DNA of 64,000 bases from an uncultured Planctomycetaceae bacterium (GTDB lineage Bacteria > Planctomycetota > Planctomycetia > Pirellulales > PALSA-1355), in NCBI GenBank assembly GCA_964598535.1, contig CAZRCI010000028.1:1489-65488 (forward strand). Reading direction: 5' to 3'. The notes below the pieces were generated by a model. It made no database searches, was not told where the DNA came from, and saw only the letters and a program-made list of their open reading frames with translations. The first letter of the stretch is position 1. Each line of letters opens with the position of its first letter. Positions 55,814-64,000 of this stretch are shown piece after piece. The position numbers and the translations under genes are program-made.

Positions 55814-57253
55814 CTACCGCATCGCGGCCAGACGTTCTTCAGGCACCTGGTACGCTCGGGCGCGGAACAAGAATTCCACGATGTTGCCTTCGTGGGGTTG
55901 CAGCCAGTCGAGCTTGATCGTCGGGATCGGCCCGATGTTCAAACGGTCGATGTGTGTGGCGTCGGTCAATTGCTGTTGAAGCTTCGCGTCGTTCGTCAGC
56001 GCCGTGCAGACCAGCGTCGGACCGATCGATTCGAGCATCTTGTCCTGCGGGCATTCCACGACGCTCGCGAACGGATACATATACTCGGCCTTGGCCAACG
56101 TGTTGCCAGGGCTCTGGCAGTGAACGATCGTCGGCCGCAGGTACGCGCAGCGCTCCTTCTCTTCCAGACGCGGACCATATTCGCTGGTCATGTCCGTGAC
56201 GCCGTCTTCCCGCAAGCCGGCGGAAATCTGGTTCCAGATCGCCGCCGCGGCGCCCGGAATCGTGAACGCCGCCAAGGCCGCCTTGGGATCCTCGGGCGGC
56301 AGCACCGGCACGGGGCCGAGCTTTTTCGCCAATGCCGCGGCGATTTCTTTTGTGTGCCGCGAGGCCCAAATGCCCGAGCAGTTGATGCAGCCGCGGCCGC
56401 TGTTGAGATAAATGCTGTCGGCCATCAGGTCGATGTACTTTTCCCAATCGTCGACCACGTCGTCGCCCAACAGGATCTTGCTGAACCCGGGACCGTGCGC
56501 CTGCACCTTGGGGTTGCCCTTGTAGCGTTCGACCGTCGGCGTGCCGCCAAAGATCATGCTCCGGTCGCAACTCGCGAGCACCGCCGCGCCGACGTCCGGC
56601 CCGCCGGGATAGATCGAGATCGCCTCGGCCGGAATGCCCGCCTGCGTAAACGCGGCCGTCATCCGGTACGGCGTCCACGGCTCTTGCGGGCCGGGTTTCA
56701 ACACCAGGCCGATCTGCATCGGGATCACCGGCAGCCACAGCGTATGTACGCCGGGCGAGTTCGACGGCAACACCAGCCCCACGGCCGGCGATTGCGCCTG
56801 GTAGCTCACCACCACGCCCCGGCTTTCCACGCCGAACCCGTTGCTCAGAATGTTCAGGTCCAGCCCCCGCGTCAGCGCGTCGAGCATCTGGTCCATGTGC
56901 GACAGCACGAAGAAGTTCTTCTGCATGTTCGCCTTGCACATATGCTCGGGCAGCCCGGTCGAGGCCGATTGCATGTGCGCGAACTCGTCGGGCGACTGTG
57001 TGCCGTCGCCCAGCGGCAAGGTCGCGTTCAGGTACAGCTCGCCCGCTTTCTTGACGCGTTCGATCAGATCGGCAATCGGAATGTCGCGCAGTACCTGGCG
57101 GGCAGTGGCCGCCTTGCGCATGTCGCGTTGCAGCAGGCCGCCATTGGCCTGGCTCACCTTGGCGATCGGTTCACCCGTGATGAAGTGCTTGACCTCGTCG
57201 GCTTCGAGCGACTCGTAGGGTTTGCCCCAGCGAAGAATTGGAATATTCAGCAC
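55814..57253 (-). CDS. aldehyde dehydrogenase superfamily protein (possibly acyl-CoA/acyl-protein reductase, LuxC-like)
   Basis: GTG start after GAGGA; 479 aa. Candidate catalytic Cys in NSGRGCINCSG. Atypical N-terminus MLNIPILRWGKPY. Confidence 0.7.
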   Translation of the reverse strand: MLNIPILRWGKPYESLEADEVKHFITGEPIAKVSQANGGLLQRDMRKAATARQVLRDIPIADLIERVKKAGELYLNATLPLGDGTQSPDEFAHMQSASTGLPEHMCKANMQKNFFVLSHMDQMLDALTRGLDLNILSNGFGVESRGVVVSYQAQSPAVGLVLPSNSPGVHTLWLPVIPMQIGLVLKPGPQEPWTPYRMTAAFTQAGIPAEAISIYPGGPDVGAAVLASCDRSMIFGGTPTVERYKGNPKVQAHGPGFSKILLGDDVVDDWEKYIDLMADSIYLNSGRGCINCSGIWASRHTKEIAAALAKKLGPVPVLPPEDPKAALAAFTIPGAAAAIWNQISAGLREDGVTDMTSEYGPRLEEKERCAYLRPTIVHCQSPGNTLAKAEYMYPFASVVECPQDKMLESIGPTLVCTALTNDAKLQQQLTDATHIDRLNIGPIPTIKLDWLQPHEGNIVEFLFRARAYQVPEERLAAMR

Positions 57254-57437
57254 GTGTGGTCCTCAGTGTGTTAACCCAGGGCCGCGACGCGGTCGCGGAA
57301 TATCGGTACGGATACCGCGCTGCCGCCCCGGTCCAGCCGGGCTCTTAAACGGGTTTCAGTTTGCGGCGGAGACTTTCGTGAGTCCTTGGATCTCCAGGTA
57401 CTCTCAGGCGTCGCCAACAAGGGCTCTCCGGCTGCGA

Positions 57438-58556
57438 TCAATACACGCCGACGGTCGTCGCTTCGGCCAACTCGTGGAACGGGCGCACGCCGCTCACTCC
57501 GTCCCAGGGATACTTGATGTAGGGCGTCTCGCGTTCGCCTTCGTCCCGTTCCAGAAAGCCCGGCACGAAGAATTCCTTGGTCAGCGTCGTCAGCTTCACG
57601 CGGCCCGTCTCGCCGTAGCCCACGATCTTGTGCGGATCGTTGAAGTCGACGATCTCCAGCACGGCCCGCGGTTGCGGCGCATAGTACGAAATCTTGTAAC
57701 CATCGTCCGGGGTCACCGGCTTGCTGCATGCCAGGCCCATCAGCGTATTGCCATACGTGGGCGTCATGTACACGCCTTCCAGGTACTCTTCCATCGCGAA
57801 CCGGGTCCACTGGGGCGTAAACTCGGTGCCGCCGGAGAAAATGCCGGTGATGCCCATCTCGTGAATCGTCTTGCCCCGCTTTTCCAGTTCGAGCGCCAGC
57901 GCTTCGAGCAGCTTGGGCGTGGTGAACATGCAGCGGATGTCGTGTCCCGCGCCGAGAATCGTGATCGCCTGGTCGATGCAGTGCTTCTTGTACTCTTCCA
58001 GATGTTCCATCCAGCCCTTTTTGATGAGCTTGATGACCCACCGCGGGTCGAGGTCGATGCAGAAGCAAACGCCGCCGCGATGTTGGCACAGGTGCTCGAC
58101 GGCCAGTCGCAGCCGCCGCGGGCCCGAGGGGCCCAGCATCAGCCAGTTCGCCCCGTGTGGAAAGTATTCGTCCGGCAGCGTGTTGCTGAACAGCGAGTAG
58201 TCGATCCGAAAGTCCTCGATGGCGATGCGGCTTTTGGGAACGCCCGTCGTGCCGCCCGTTTCGAACACGTAGATCGGCTTGTTGGCGTACGCCTGGGGAA
58301 CCCAGCGGCGCACCGGGCCGCCGCGCAGCCACTCGTCTTCGAACGGGTCGAACTTCTTCAGATCGTCAAACGTGTTGACCTCTTTCAGCGGATCGAACTT
58401 CAGGGATTGGGCTTTCTCCAGCCAGAACGGGCAGCCCGTCGACGGATGGAAATGCCACTGCACGGTTTCATACGTCTGGGCATCCAGTTGGTCGCGAGCC
58501 CGTTTGACCGCCGACGTAAGTTCTTCCTGGTTCGACTGCTGGAGTGTGCTCATCAA
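57438..58556 (-). CDS. adenylate-forming enzyme, PaaK / F390-synthetase / LuxE-like
   Basis: 372 aa. P-loop-like FETGGTTGVPKS and later IFSGGTEF. Smaller than canonical acyl-CoA synthetases. Confidence 0.7.
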   Translation of the reverse strand: MMSTLQQSNQEELTSAVKRARDQLDAQTYETVQWHFHPSTGCPFWLEKAQSLKFDPLKEVNTFDDLKKFDPFEDEWLRGGPVRRWVPQAYANKPIYVFETGGTTGVPKSRIAIEDFRIDYSLFSNTLPDEYFPHGANWLMLGPSGPRRLRLAVEHLCQHRGGVCFCIDLDPRWVIKLIKKGWMEHLEEYKKHCIDQAITILGAGHDIRCMFTTPKLLEALALELEKRGKTIHEMGITGIFSGGTEFTPQWTRFAMEEYLEGVYMTPTYGNTLMGLACSKPVTPDDGYKISYYAPQPRAVLEIVDFNDPHKIVGYGETGRVKLTTLTKEFFVPGFLERDEGERETPYIKYPWDGVSGVRPFHELAEATTVGVY

Positions 58557-58780
58557 ATCTCCTCGCTCGGTGGGAAGCGGTCCGCCGTTAACAATTCGAC
58601 GGTGGGCTCGCCGGTGTTATCGGGGTGGGAACTGTGGGGCGGCGGACCGAATACTATGAAAAATACCAGCCGCTGCGGGCAAACACAACCGCCGGACGCC
58701 TCCGCGCAACTGCCTCCGCGGAAACTACCTAAGGGCCCTAATCGTCAAGAAGTTCAACGCCACGCATGGCCAGATTTTTT

Positions 58781-58810
58781 TTGACACTCGCCCCCGCCCC
58801 GGGGTATGCT
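58781..58810 (+). promoter_or_regulatory. sigma-70-like promoter candidate for the CBS gene
   Basis: TTGACA (58781-58786), 18-nt spacer, TATGCT (58805-58810), preceded by a T8 run. About 86 nt upstream of ATG 58896. Confidence 0.35.
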
Positions 58811-58895
58811 TTTGGGTGCAGATCCGGCAGCGAAGAGTGCGCATCAGCTTTCACGTCCGCGCAAATCAAAACTCGTACCAGCGGGAGGCCGTTCC

Positions 58896-59336
58896 ATGTT
58901 CCTCCGTGAGATTCTGCAAACCAAGGGGACCCGCGTCCACACGATTGAGCGCGATGACTCGCTCCAAGAGGTTGTCGATCGCTTGGTCCGCCATAACTGT
59001 GGCTCGCTGGTGGTGGTTGATTCTCGCAACTCCGAAGCGTGCATGGTGGGGATCATCACCGAGCGCGACATTCTTCGCGCGTGCGCCAGTCACCGCTGTC
59101 CACTCAATGCCTTGAGCGTGGCCGACGTCATGACGCACGAGGTCGTGACCGGGACGCCCTGCGACTCGATTGAAGACGCAATGGGCCTGATGACCGTCCG
59201 GCGCATTCGACACTTGCCCGTGATTGACGACGGCACGCTGGTCGGCCTCGTTTCGATCGGCGACGTTGTCAAAACCCAGCACGACCGCCTGACGATGGAA
59301 AACCACTACCTCAAGAGCTATCTGCATTCCAGCTAA
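58896..59336 (+). CDS. CBS-domain pair protein
   Basis: ATG 7 nt after GGGAGG. Two CBS repeats (GSLVVVD...GIITERDILRA and HLPVIDDGTLVGLVSIGDVVK). Confidence 0.8.
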   Translation: MFLREILQTKGTRVHTIERDDSLQEVVDRLVRHNCGSLVVVDSRNSEACMVGIITERDILRACASHRCPLNALSVADVMTHEVVTGTPCDSIEDAMGLMTVRRIRHLPVIDDGTLVGLVSIGDVVKTQHDRLTMENHYLKSYLHSS

Positions 59337-59381
59337 GGGGCCGCCGCGCTGCCGGTCGAGGGCACGCGTCCAAGACAAGAC

Positions 59382-59421
59382 ACGTCCCGGGGGGGGGCTT
59401 TCCTCCGGGACGTAGTTTTTT
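59382..59421 (+). terminator. rho-independent terminator of the CBS gene
   Basis: Stem ACGTCCCGG (59382-59390) / CCGGGACGT (59405-59413), then AG plus T6. The 3' half GGGACGTAG plus T-run is duplicated at 59425-59440. Confidence 0.65.
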
Positions 59422-59458
59422 GGGGGGACGTAGTTTTTTTCCGGGCCTTAAGTTCGCC

Positions 59459-60400
59459 TTAATTCTTCGTCGCCGCTTGAAGCTGGCGCACGTCTTTCGG
59501 CAACGGAAAGTACACTTCCTCCTCGCGGATGGAACGTGACTCGACGCTCGCGCCAAACTTGTCCACCAGCAGATTGACGCATCGTTCGACGACCGTCTCG
59601 GGCGCGCTCGCCCCGGCCGTGACCAACACCGTGTCGTCCGCTTGGAACCAGCCCAGATCGATATCTTCGGGCCCGTCGATCAAATAGGTGCGCGGCGTCG
59701 ATTCGCTTGCCAATTCCGCCAGACGCTGGCTGTTCGAGCTGTTCTGGCTGCCGAGCACCAGCACGACGTTAGCCTCGCGAGCCAGAATCTTCACGGCCTC
59801 TTGCCGGTTCTGCGTCGCATAACAAATGTCTGCCTTCGGCGGACCGACAATTTGCGGGAAGCGTTCCTCGAGCCGGCGAATAATCCGGCTGGCGTCGTCG
59901 ACACTCAGCGTGGTCTGGGTGAGATAGGCGAGTTTCGGGGTCGTCAGTTCAAGCTGGTCCACATCCTCGGGCGATTCCACGAGCAGGATCGCTTCGGGCG
60001 CTTCTCCCATCGTGCCAATAACTTCGTCGTGCCCCTCGTGGCCAATCAGGACGATCGTGTACCCTTCCTTGGCGTAGCGAATCGCTTCCAGGTGAACCTT
60101 GATCACTAGCGGGCACGTGGCGTCGATCGTCCGCAGCCCGCGCTCGGCCGCGACCCTGCGAATTTCGGGCGAAACGCCGTGAGCGCTATAGAGCAACGTT
60201 TCGCCGGGCGGTACCTCGGCCAGATCCTCGACAAACACGGCCCCGCGCGTCCGAAATCGTTCCACGACATACTTATTATGGACGATTTCGTGATACACGT
60301 AGACCGGCGTTCCGACGATCTGGATCGCCAGTTCCAGCGTCTCGATGGCCATGTTGACGCCGGCGCAAAAGCCGCGCGGGCTGGCGAGGAGGATTTTCAT
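59459..60400 (-). CDS. ispH: 4-hydroxy-3-methylbut-2-enyl diphosphate reductase
   Basis: Internal ATG 60400. MKILLASPRGFCAGV, with conserved Cys and His contexts (TCPLV, VIGHEGHDEV). Confidence 0.93.
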   Translation of the reverse strand: MKILLASPRGFCAGVNMAIETLELAIQIVGTPVYVYHEIVHNKYVVERFRTRGAVFVEDLAEVPPGETLLYSAHGVSPEIRRVAAERGLRTIDATCPLVIKVHLEAIRYAKEGYTIVLIGHEGHDEVIGTMGEAPEAILLVESPEDVDQLELTTPKLAYLTQTTLSVDDASRIIRRLEERFPQIVGPPKADICYATQNRQEAVKILAREANVVLVLGSQNSSNSQRLAELASESTPRTYLIDGPEDIDLGWFQADDTVLVTAGASAPETVVERCVNLLVDKFGASVESRSIREEEVYFPLPKDVRQLQAATKN

Positions 60401-60607
60401 GCGTAGGCCACTGCTCCTTGGCGCTCTCGGAGGCTTGCGGCAGTTCGCATCCGTGCTATCGCGAGCCGCGGTCCGCCTTTGCAAGGGGTAAGCAAATCAT
60501 CATAATGTGTACCGGCGAGATTGAGAATAGTCGCACGCACCTCCGCGGAGCCGCATCGTGCGAACCGCAATCCCACCCACGATATCACGGACGGGCGGAA
60601 GAAATAG

Positions 60608-61528
60608 ATGGGCGAGCTTTCGCTAGCCACCGAGCTGGGCCAATGGGGGCCGGCCCGGCGCACCGCGCGCCGCTGGACCCCCGCCGAGGCTGTTGCCTAT
60701 TGTCGCGATTTGGCCCGCCGGCATTATGAAAATTTCACCGTCGCCAGCCTGCTGCTGCCGCGCGACCTCGTTCCACACTTTCATGCCGTCTATGCCTATT
60801 GTCGCTGGGCGGATGATCTGGCAGACGAAACTGGCGACGCCGAGCGAAGCCTCGAACTGTTGAATTGGTGGGAGGCGGAACTCCACCGCTGCTATGCCGG
60901 CGAAGCCGAACATCCCGTGTTCATCGCGCTTCGCGAAACGATTCGTAAGTTCGAAATTCCCATCGAGCCCTTCCGAAACTTGCTGATCGCCTTTCGGCAG
61001 GACCAGCGGAAAGCCCGCTATGCCTCGCACGACGAGGTACTCGACTACTGCCGCAACTCGGCCAATCCCGTGGGGCGGTTGGTACTGTATCTTGGCCGTT
61101 GCCACGACGACGATCGCGGGCGGCTCGCCGACGACGTCTGCACGGGTCTGCAACTCATCAACTTCTGCCAGGACGTCAAACGCGACTGGCAGCAGGGACG
61201 CGTCTATCTCCCGGCCGACACGCTCGCGCGCCACGGCTGCGCGCTCACCATGCTCGACGAAGACGCCGCGACTTCCGAATTGCGGGCCGCGCTCGAAAAG
61301 GAAGTCGAACGCGCCGAGCAGTACCTCGCCAGCGGCGACCAACTCGTGCTGCGGATGCCGCGCGATCTGAGGCTGGACGTGGCGCTCTTCACCGCGGGGG
61401 GCCGAGCGATTGCCCGCGAGATTCGCCAGGCCCGGTTCGACGTCTTGCACGCTCGGCCGCGCGTCTCCAAACTGGCCCAAATCAAGTTGCTTGCCGCCTG
61501 CTGGTGGCGGACCCGTAGGATACCCTAA
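60608..61528 (+). CDS. hpnC: squalene synthase HpnC (squalene/phytoene synthase family)
   Basis: YENFTVASLLLP, the Asp-rich motif YCRWADDLADE, and its position before hpnD-hpnE. Confidence 0.8.
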   Translation: MGELSLATELGQWGPARRTARRWTPAEAVAYCRDLARRHYENFTVASLLLPRDLVPHFHAVYAYCRWADDLADETGDAERSLELLNWWEAELHRCYAGEAEHPVFIALRETIRKFEIPIEPFRNLLIAFRQDQRKARYASHDEVLDYCRNSANPVGRLVLYLGRCHDDDRGRLADDVCTGLQLINFCQDVKRDWQQGRVYLPADTLARHGCALTMLDEDAATSELRAALEKEVERAEQYLASGDQLVLRMPRDLRLDVALFTAGGRAIAREIRQARFDVLHARPRVSKLAQIKLLAACWWRTRRIP

Positions 61529-61554
61529 CCACGTTCGGCAAGGATTTGCCCCCG

Positions 61555-62472
61555 ATGATGACGAGTGGAGTGCTGGAACAAGCGATGCCCCCCGAGTTGC
61601 TCGAAGCCAGCTATGCGCATTGCCGGGAGATCGCGCGCCGCTCGGCGTCCAGCTTCTATTATTCCTTTCTGCTGCTGCCCGAGCGGCAGCGACGGGCGAT
61701 GTGCGCGCTGTATGCCTTTCTGCGCCGCACCGACGACCTGGGGGACAGCGATCTGCCCCTCGGCGAGCGCCGCGCCGCGCTTGCCGGTTGGCGGCAATCC
61801 TTCCGCAGGGCCATGACGGGCGAGCACGACGACCCGCTCTTGCCCGCCCTGGCCGACACCGTCAGCGGTTGTGGAATCGACCACGCCCATCTCGAAGCGG
61901 TCATTGATGGCGTGGAAATGGACCTCGAACCCACGGGCTACGAAACGTTTGCCCAGCTCGAAGTCTACTGCCATCGCGTGGCCTCCGCCGTCGGGCTCGC
62001 GTGTTTGCCCATTTGGGGCTGCACCAATCGCGAGGCCATCGACCCAGCCAGAAGTTGCGGGCTCGCGTTCCAGCTCACCAATATCCTCCGCGATCTGAAA
62101 GAAGACGCCGATCGCGACCGGGTCTATCTGCCGCGCGAGGACTTCGCGCATTTTGGTTACGCGCCCGAGCAATTGCGCTCCGGAGTGCGCGACGACCAGT
62201 TTCGGGAGCTGATGCGTTTCCAGGTGGCTCGCGCCGAGAGCTTGTACGAAGCCGGGAGCCGGCTCGTTACGCACCTCTCGGCCGATGGACGCCGCGTTTT
62301 CGGAAGCATGTTGGCCGTCTACCGCGCCCTGCTCGCCGAGATTAAACGCCGCGATGGCGATGTGCTGGATACACGCGTCCAGCTCAGCCGCTGGCAAAAA
62401 ATGCGGATCGCTTCCCAGTGGCTGGCCGGCGGACCCGCGATCGATGATCCGCTCGGCGCCGCTTCTTCATGA
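61555..62472 (+). CDS. hpnD: presqualene diphosphate synthase HpnD
   Basis: ATG 10 nt after AAGGA. SSFYYSFLLLP, YAFLRRTDDLGD, NILRDLKEDADRDRVYLP. Confidence 0.8.
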   Translation: MMTSGVLEQAMPPELLEASYAHCREIARRSASSFYYSFLLLPERQRRAMCALYAFLRRTDDLGDSDLPLGERRAALAGWRQSFRRAMTGEHDDPLLPALADTVSGCGIDHAHLEAVIDGVEMDLEPTGYETFAQLEVYCHRVASAVGLACLPIWGCTNREAIDPARSCGLAFQLTNILRDLKEDADRDRVYLPREDFAHFGYAPEQLRSGVRDDQFRELMRFQVARAESLYEAGSRLVTHLSADGRRVFGSMLAVYRALLAEIKRRDGDVLDTRVQLSRWQKMRIASQWLAGGPAIDDPLGAASS

Positions 62473-63950
62473 CCATGTCGGACGAGCGCCCGCATGTCGT
62501 GATCGTTGGCGGAGGGCTCGCCGGGCTGGCCGCCGCCGTTGCGCTCGCCGAAGATTGCCGCGTCGAACTCTTCGAAGCACGCCGCGCGCTCGGCGGCCGG
62601 GCCGGTTCGTTTTGCGATCCAACCACGGGCGAAACCCTCGATCACTGCCAGCACGTCAGCATGCGCTGCTGCACGAACCTCGCGGATTTCTCTCGCCGCG
62701 TCGGAATCGACCAACTCTTCCGCCGCGTAGATACGCTACGATTCATCGGTCTCGATGGCCAACCTAGCGACTTGTCGGCGGGCTGGCTGCCCGCTCCCGG
62801 ACATCTGGCCGGTTCCTTCTGCGGCCTCAAGTTCCTTTCGATCCGCGAGCGGCTCGCGGTTGCCCGCGCGATGTGGCGGCTCATGCGTTTGCCAGTGCGC
62901 GACGACGAACGCTCGCCCACGATCGGCGCATGGCTGCGCGCGGCGGGCCAATCCCCACGCGCCATCGATCTGTTTTGGAACGTCGTCCTCGTGAGCGCCC
63001 TGGCCGAGGAACTCGATCGAGCTTCTCTGGCGGCAGCGCGCAAGGTAATCGTCGATGGCTTTCTTACCAACCGCGAAGCCTACGTCGTCGAAGTTCCCCG
63101 GGCGCCGTTGAGCGAGCTCTATGGCGCTTCGCTGCTGCGTTGGTTGGCGGCGCGCGGCGTATCGGTCCATCTCGGCGCGGCCGCCAAACGCATTGCCCAC
63201 CAAAGCGGTCCACGGCTGGCGCTTGCCGATGGACGCGAGGTTCGGCCAGATCACTTGATCGTCGCCGTGCCTTGGCACAAGCTTCGCGACCTGGTTGATC
63301 GTGACCTGGCCGGTCGCTGGCCGTGGCTCGACGAAATCGATTCGGTGGCCGCCTCGCCCATCACGGGCGTGCATCTCTGGTTCGATCGCCCGATCATGCC
63401 CCACGATCATGCGGTGCTGGTGGGTCGGCTCAGCCAATGGGTGTTCCACCGCGCGCTTCACGCGCCAACGAATCCCGCGGACTCCCCGAGTGTTACGGTG
63501 GACCTGTCCAGCGACGCTCGCGATGTGAATGGCGGGCTCTCGGAAACTTCGGCGGCAAAGCACTACTATCAAGTCGTCATCAGCGCTTCGCGGAATCTTG
63601 CTGGCCGCAATCGCGACGAGGTGGTTTCCGAGGTGTGCCGCGAATTGGCCGCCATCTGGCCGCAGGCCGCCGATGCACGGCTTTTGCATGCGCGCATGGT
63701 CACGGAGCACGCGGCCGTATTCAGCACCCGCCCGGGCCTCGACCGCATTCGCCCGGCGCAACAGACGGTCGTGCATGGGATTCATATCGCCGGCGATTGG
63801 ACCCGTACTGATTGGCCCGCGACGATGGAAGGCGCGGTGCGCAGCGGTTACCTCGCGGCCGAAGGCGTGCTGCGCTGCTTGGGCCGACCGCGCCGCGTAT
63901 TGGCGGGGGATCTATCGCGTTCGTGGCTTGTGCGGCTCTTGGTTCGTTAG
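62469..63950 (+). CDS. hpnE: hydroxysqualene dehydroxylase HpnE (FAD amine-oxidase fold)
   Basis: ATGA overlap with the hpnD stop. Dinucleotide fold VVIVGGGLAGLAAAVALAE and C-terminal IAGDWTRTDWPATMEGAVRSG. Confidence 0.8.
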   Translation: MTMSDERPHVVIVGGGLAGLAAAVALAEDCRVELFEARRALGGRAGSFCDPTTGETLDHCQHVSMRCCTNLADFSRRVGIDQLFRRVDTLRFIGLDGQPSDLSAGWLPAPGHLAGSFCGLKFLSIRERLAVARAMWRLMRLPVRDDERSPTIGAWLRAAGQSPRAIDLFWNVVLVSALAEELDRASLAAARKVIVDGFLTNREAYVVEVPRAPLSELYGASLLRWLAARGVSVHLGAAAKRIAHQSGPRLALADGREVRPDHLIVAVPWHKLRDLVDRDLAGRWPWLDEIDSVAASPITGVHLWFDRPIMPHDHAVLVGRLSQWVFHRALHAPTNPADSPSVTVDLSSDARDVNGGLSETSAAKHYYQVVISASRNLAGRNRDEVVSEVCRELAAIWPQAADARLLHARMVTEHAAVFSTRPGLDRIRPAQQTVVHGIHIAGDWTRTDWPATMEGAVRSGYLAAEGVLRCLGRPRRVLAGDLSRSWLVRLLVR

Positions 63951-63986
63951 CGCACGCCTCGGCTTTGCCATTTGAAGGTCTTGTTT

Positions 63987-64000
63987 GGGTGCCACTGCTG
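63987..64000. repeat. second copy (truncated by the window end) of the GGGTGCCACTGCTG hairpin arm
   Basis: 14/14 identity with 53295-53310 context, 36 nt downstream of the hpnE stop. Confidence 0.5.

Noticed and set aside
55745-58784. Two long plus-strand ORFs (509 and 520 aa)
   Set aside because: They are antisense to the ALDH-like and adenylating-enzyme genes. Their products are Arg/His/Gly/Val-rich and lack motifs.
1-64000. Mobile elements, prophage genes, rRNA and tRNA genes
   Set aside because: I recognised no transposase, integrase or phage structural motifs, no terminal inverted repeats flanking a cassette, and no rRNA or tRNA signatures while reading both strands. A tRNAscan/Infernal run would be needed to be certain.

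Overview
High-GC chromosomal segment, probably from a Planctomycetota-like bacterium. That assignment is inference from gene content only: PEP-CTERM protein, several FHA proteins, Tat-signal Gfo/Idh/MocA oxidoreductases, hpnCDE, and an ECF sigma/anti-sigma pair. I call about 55 protein-coding genes, mostly housekeeping: pyk, htrA-like, dksA-like, queF/queC/queE, trpD, serA, tpx, alaS, recA, gnd, PFK, hemN-like, ispH and hpnCDE. By eye I found no rRNA, tRNA, CRISPR array, transposase or integrase. Many long ORFs in the track are antisense or out-of-frame artefacts of the high GC content and are rejected. The best candidate for something undescribed is a 153-aa protein at 9353-9814(-) with about 33 cysteines and an internal duplication. 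It sits next to a long palindrome-containing control region, an orphan small ORF and an internally duplicated 10-TM permease. Secondary candidates are: (a) a four-gene operon (PaaK/LuxE-like adenylating enzyme, ALDH/LuxC-like, Fe-ADH, secreted PQQ-type propeller); (b) a 923-aa FHA, coiled-coil, 2-TM protein; (c) an FHA, small-protein, ECF sigma/anti-sigma, basic-protein and TPR-lipoprotein cluster. There are also several exact tandem repeats and a palindromic hairpin that recurs at the window end. All family calls rest on motifs read by eye; no database search was possible.
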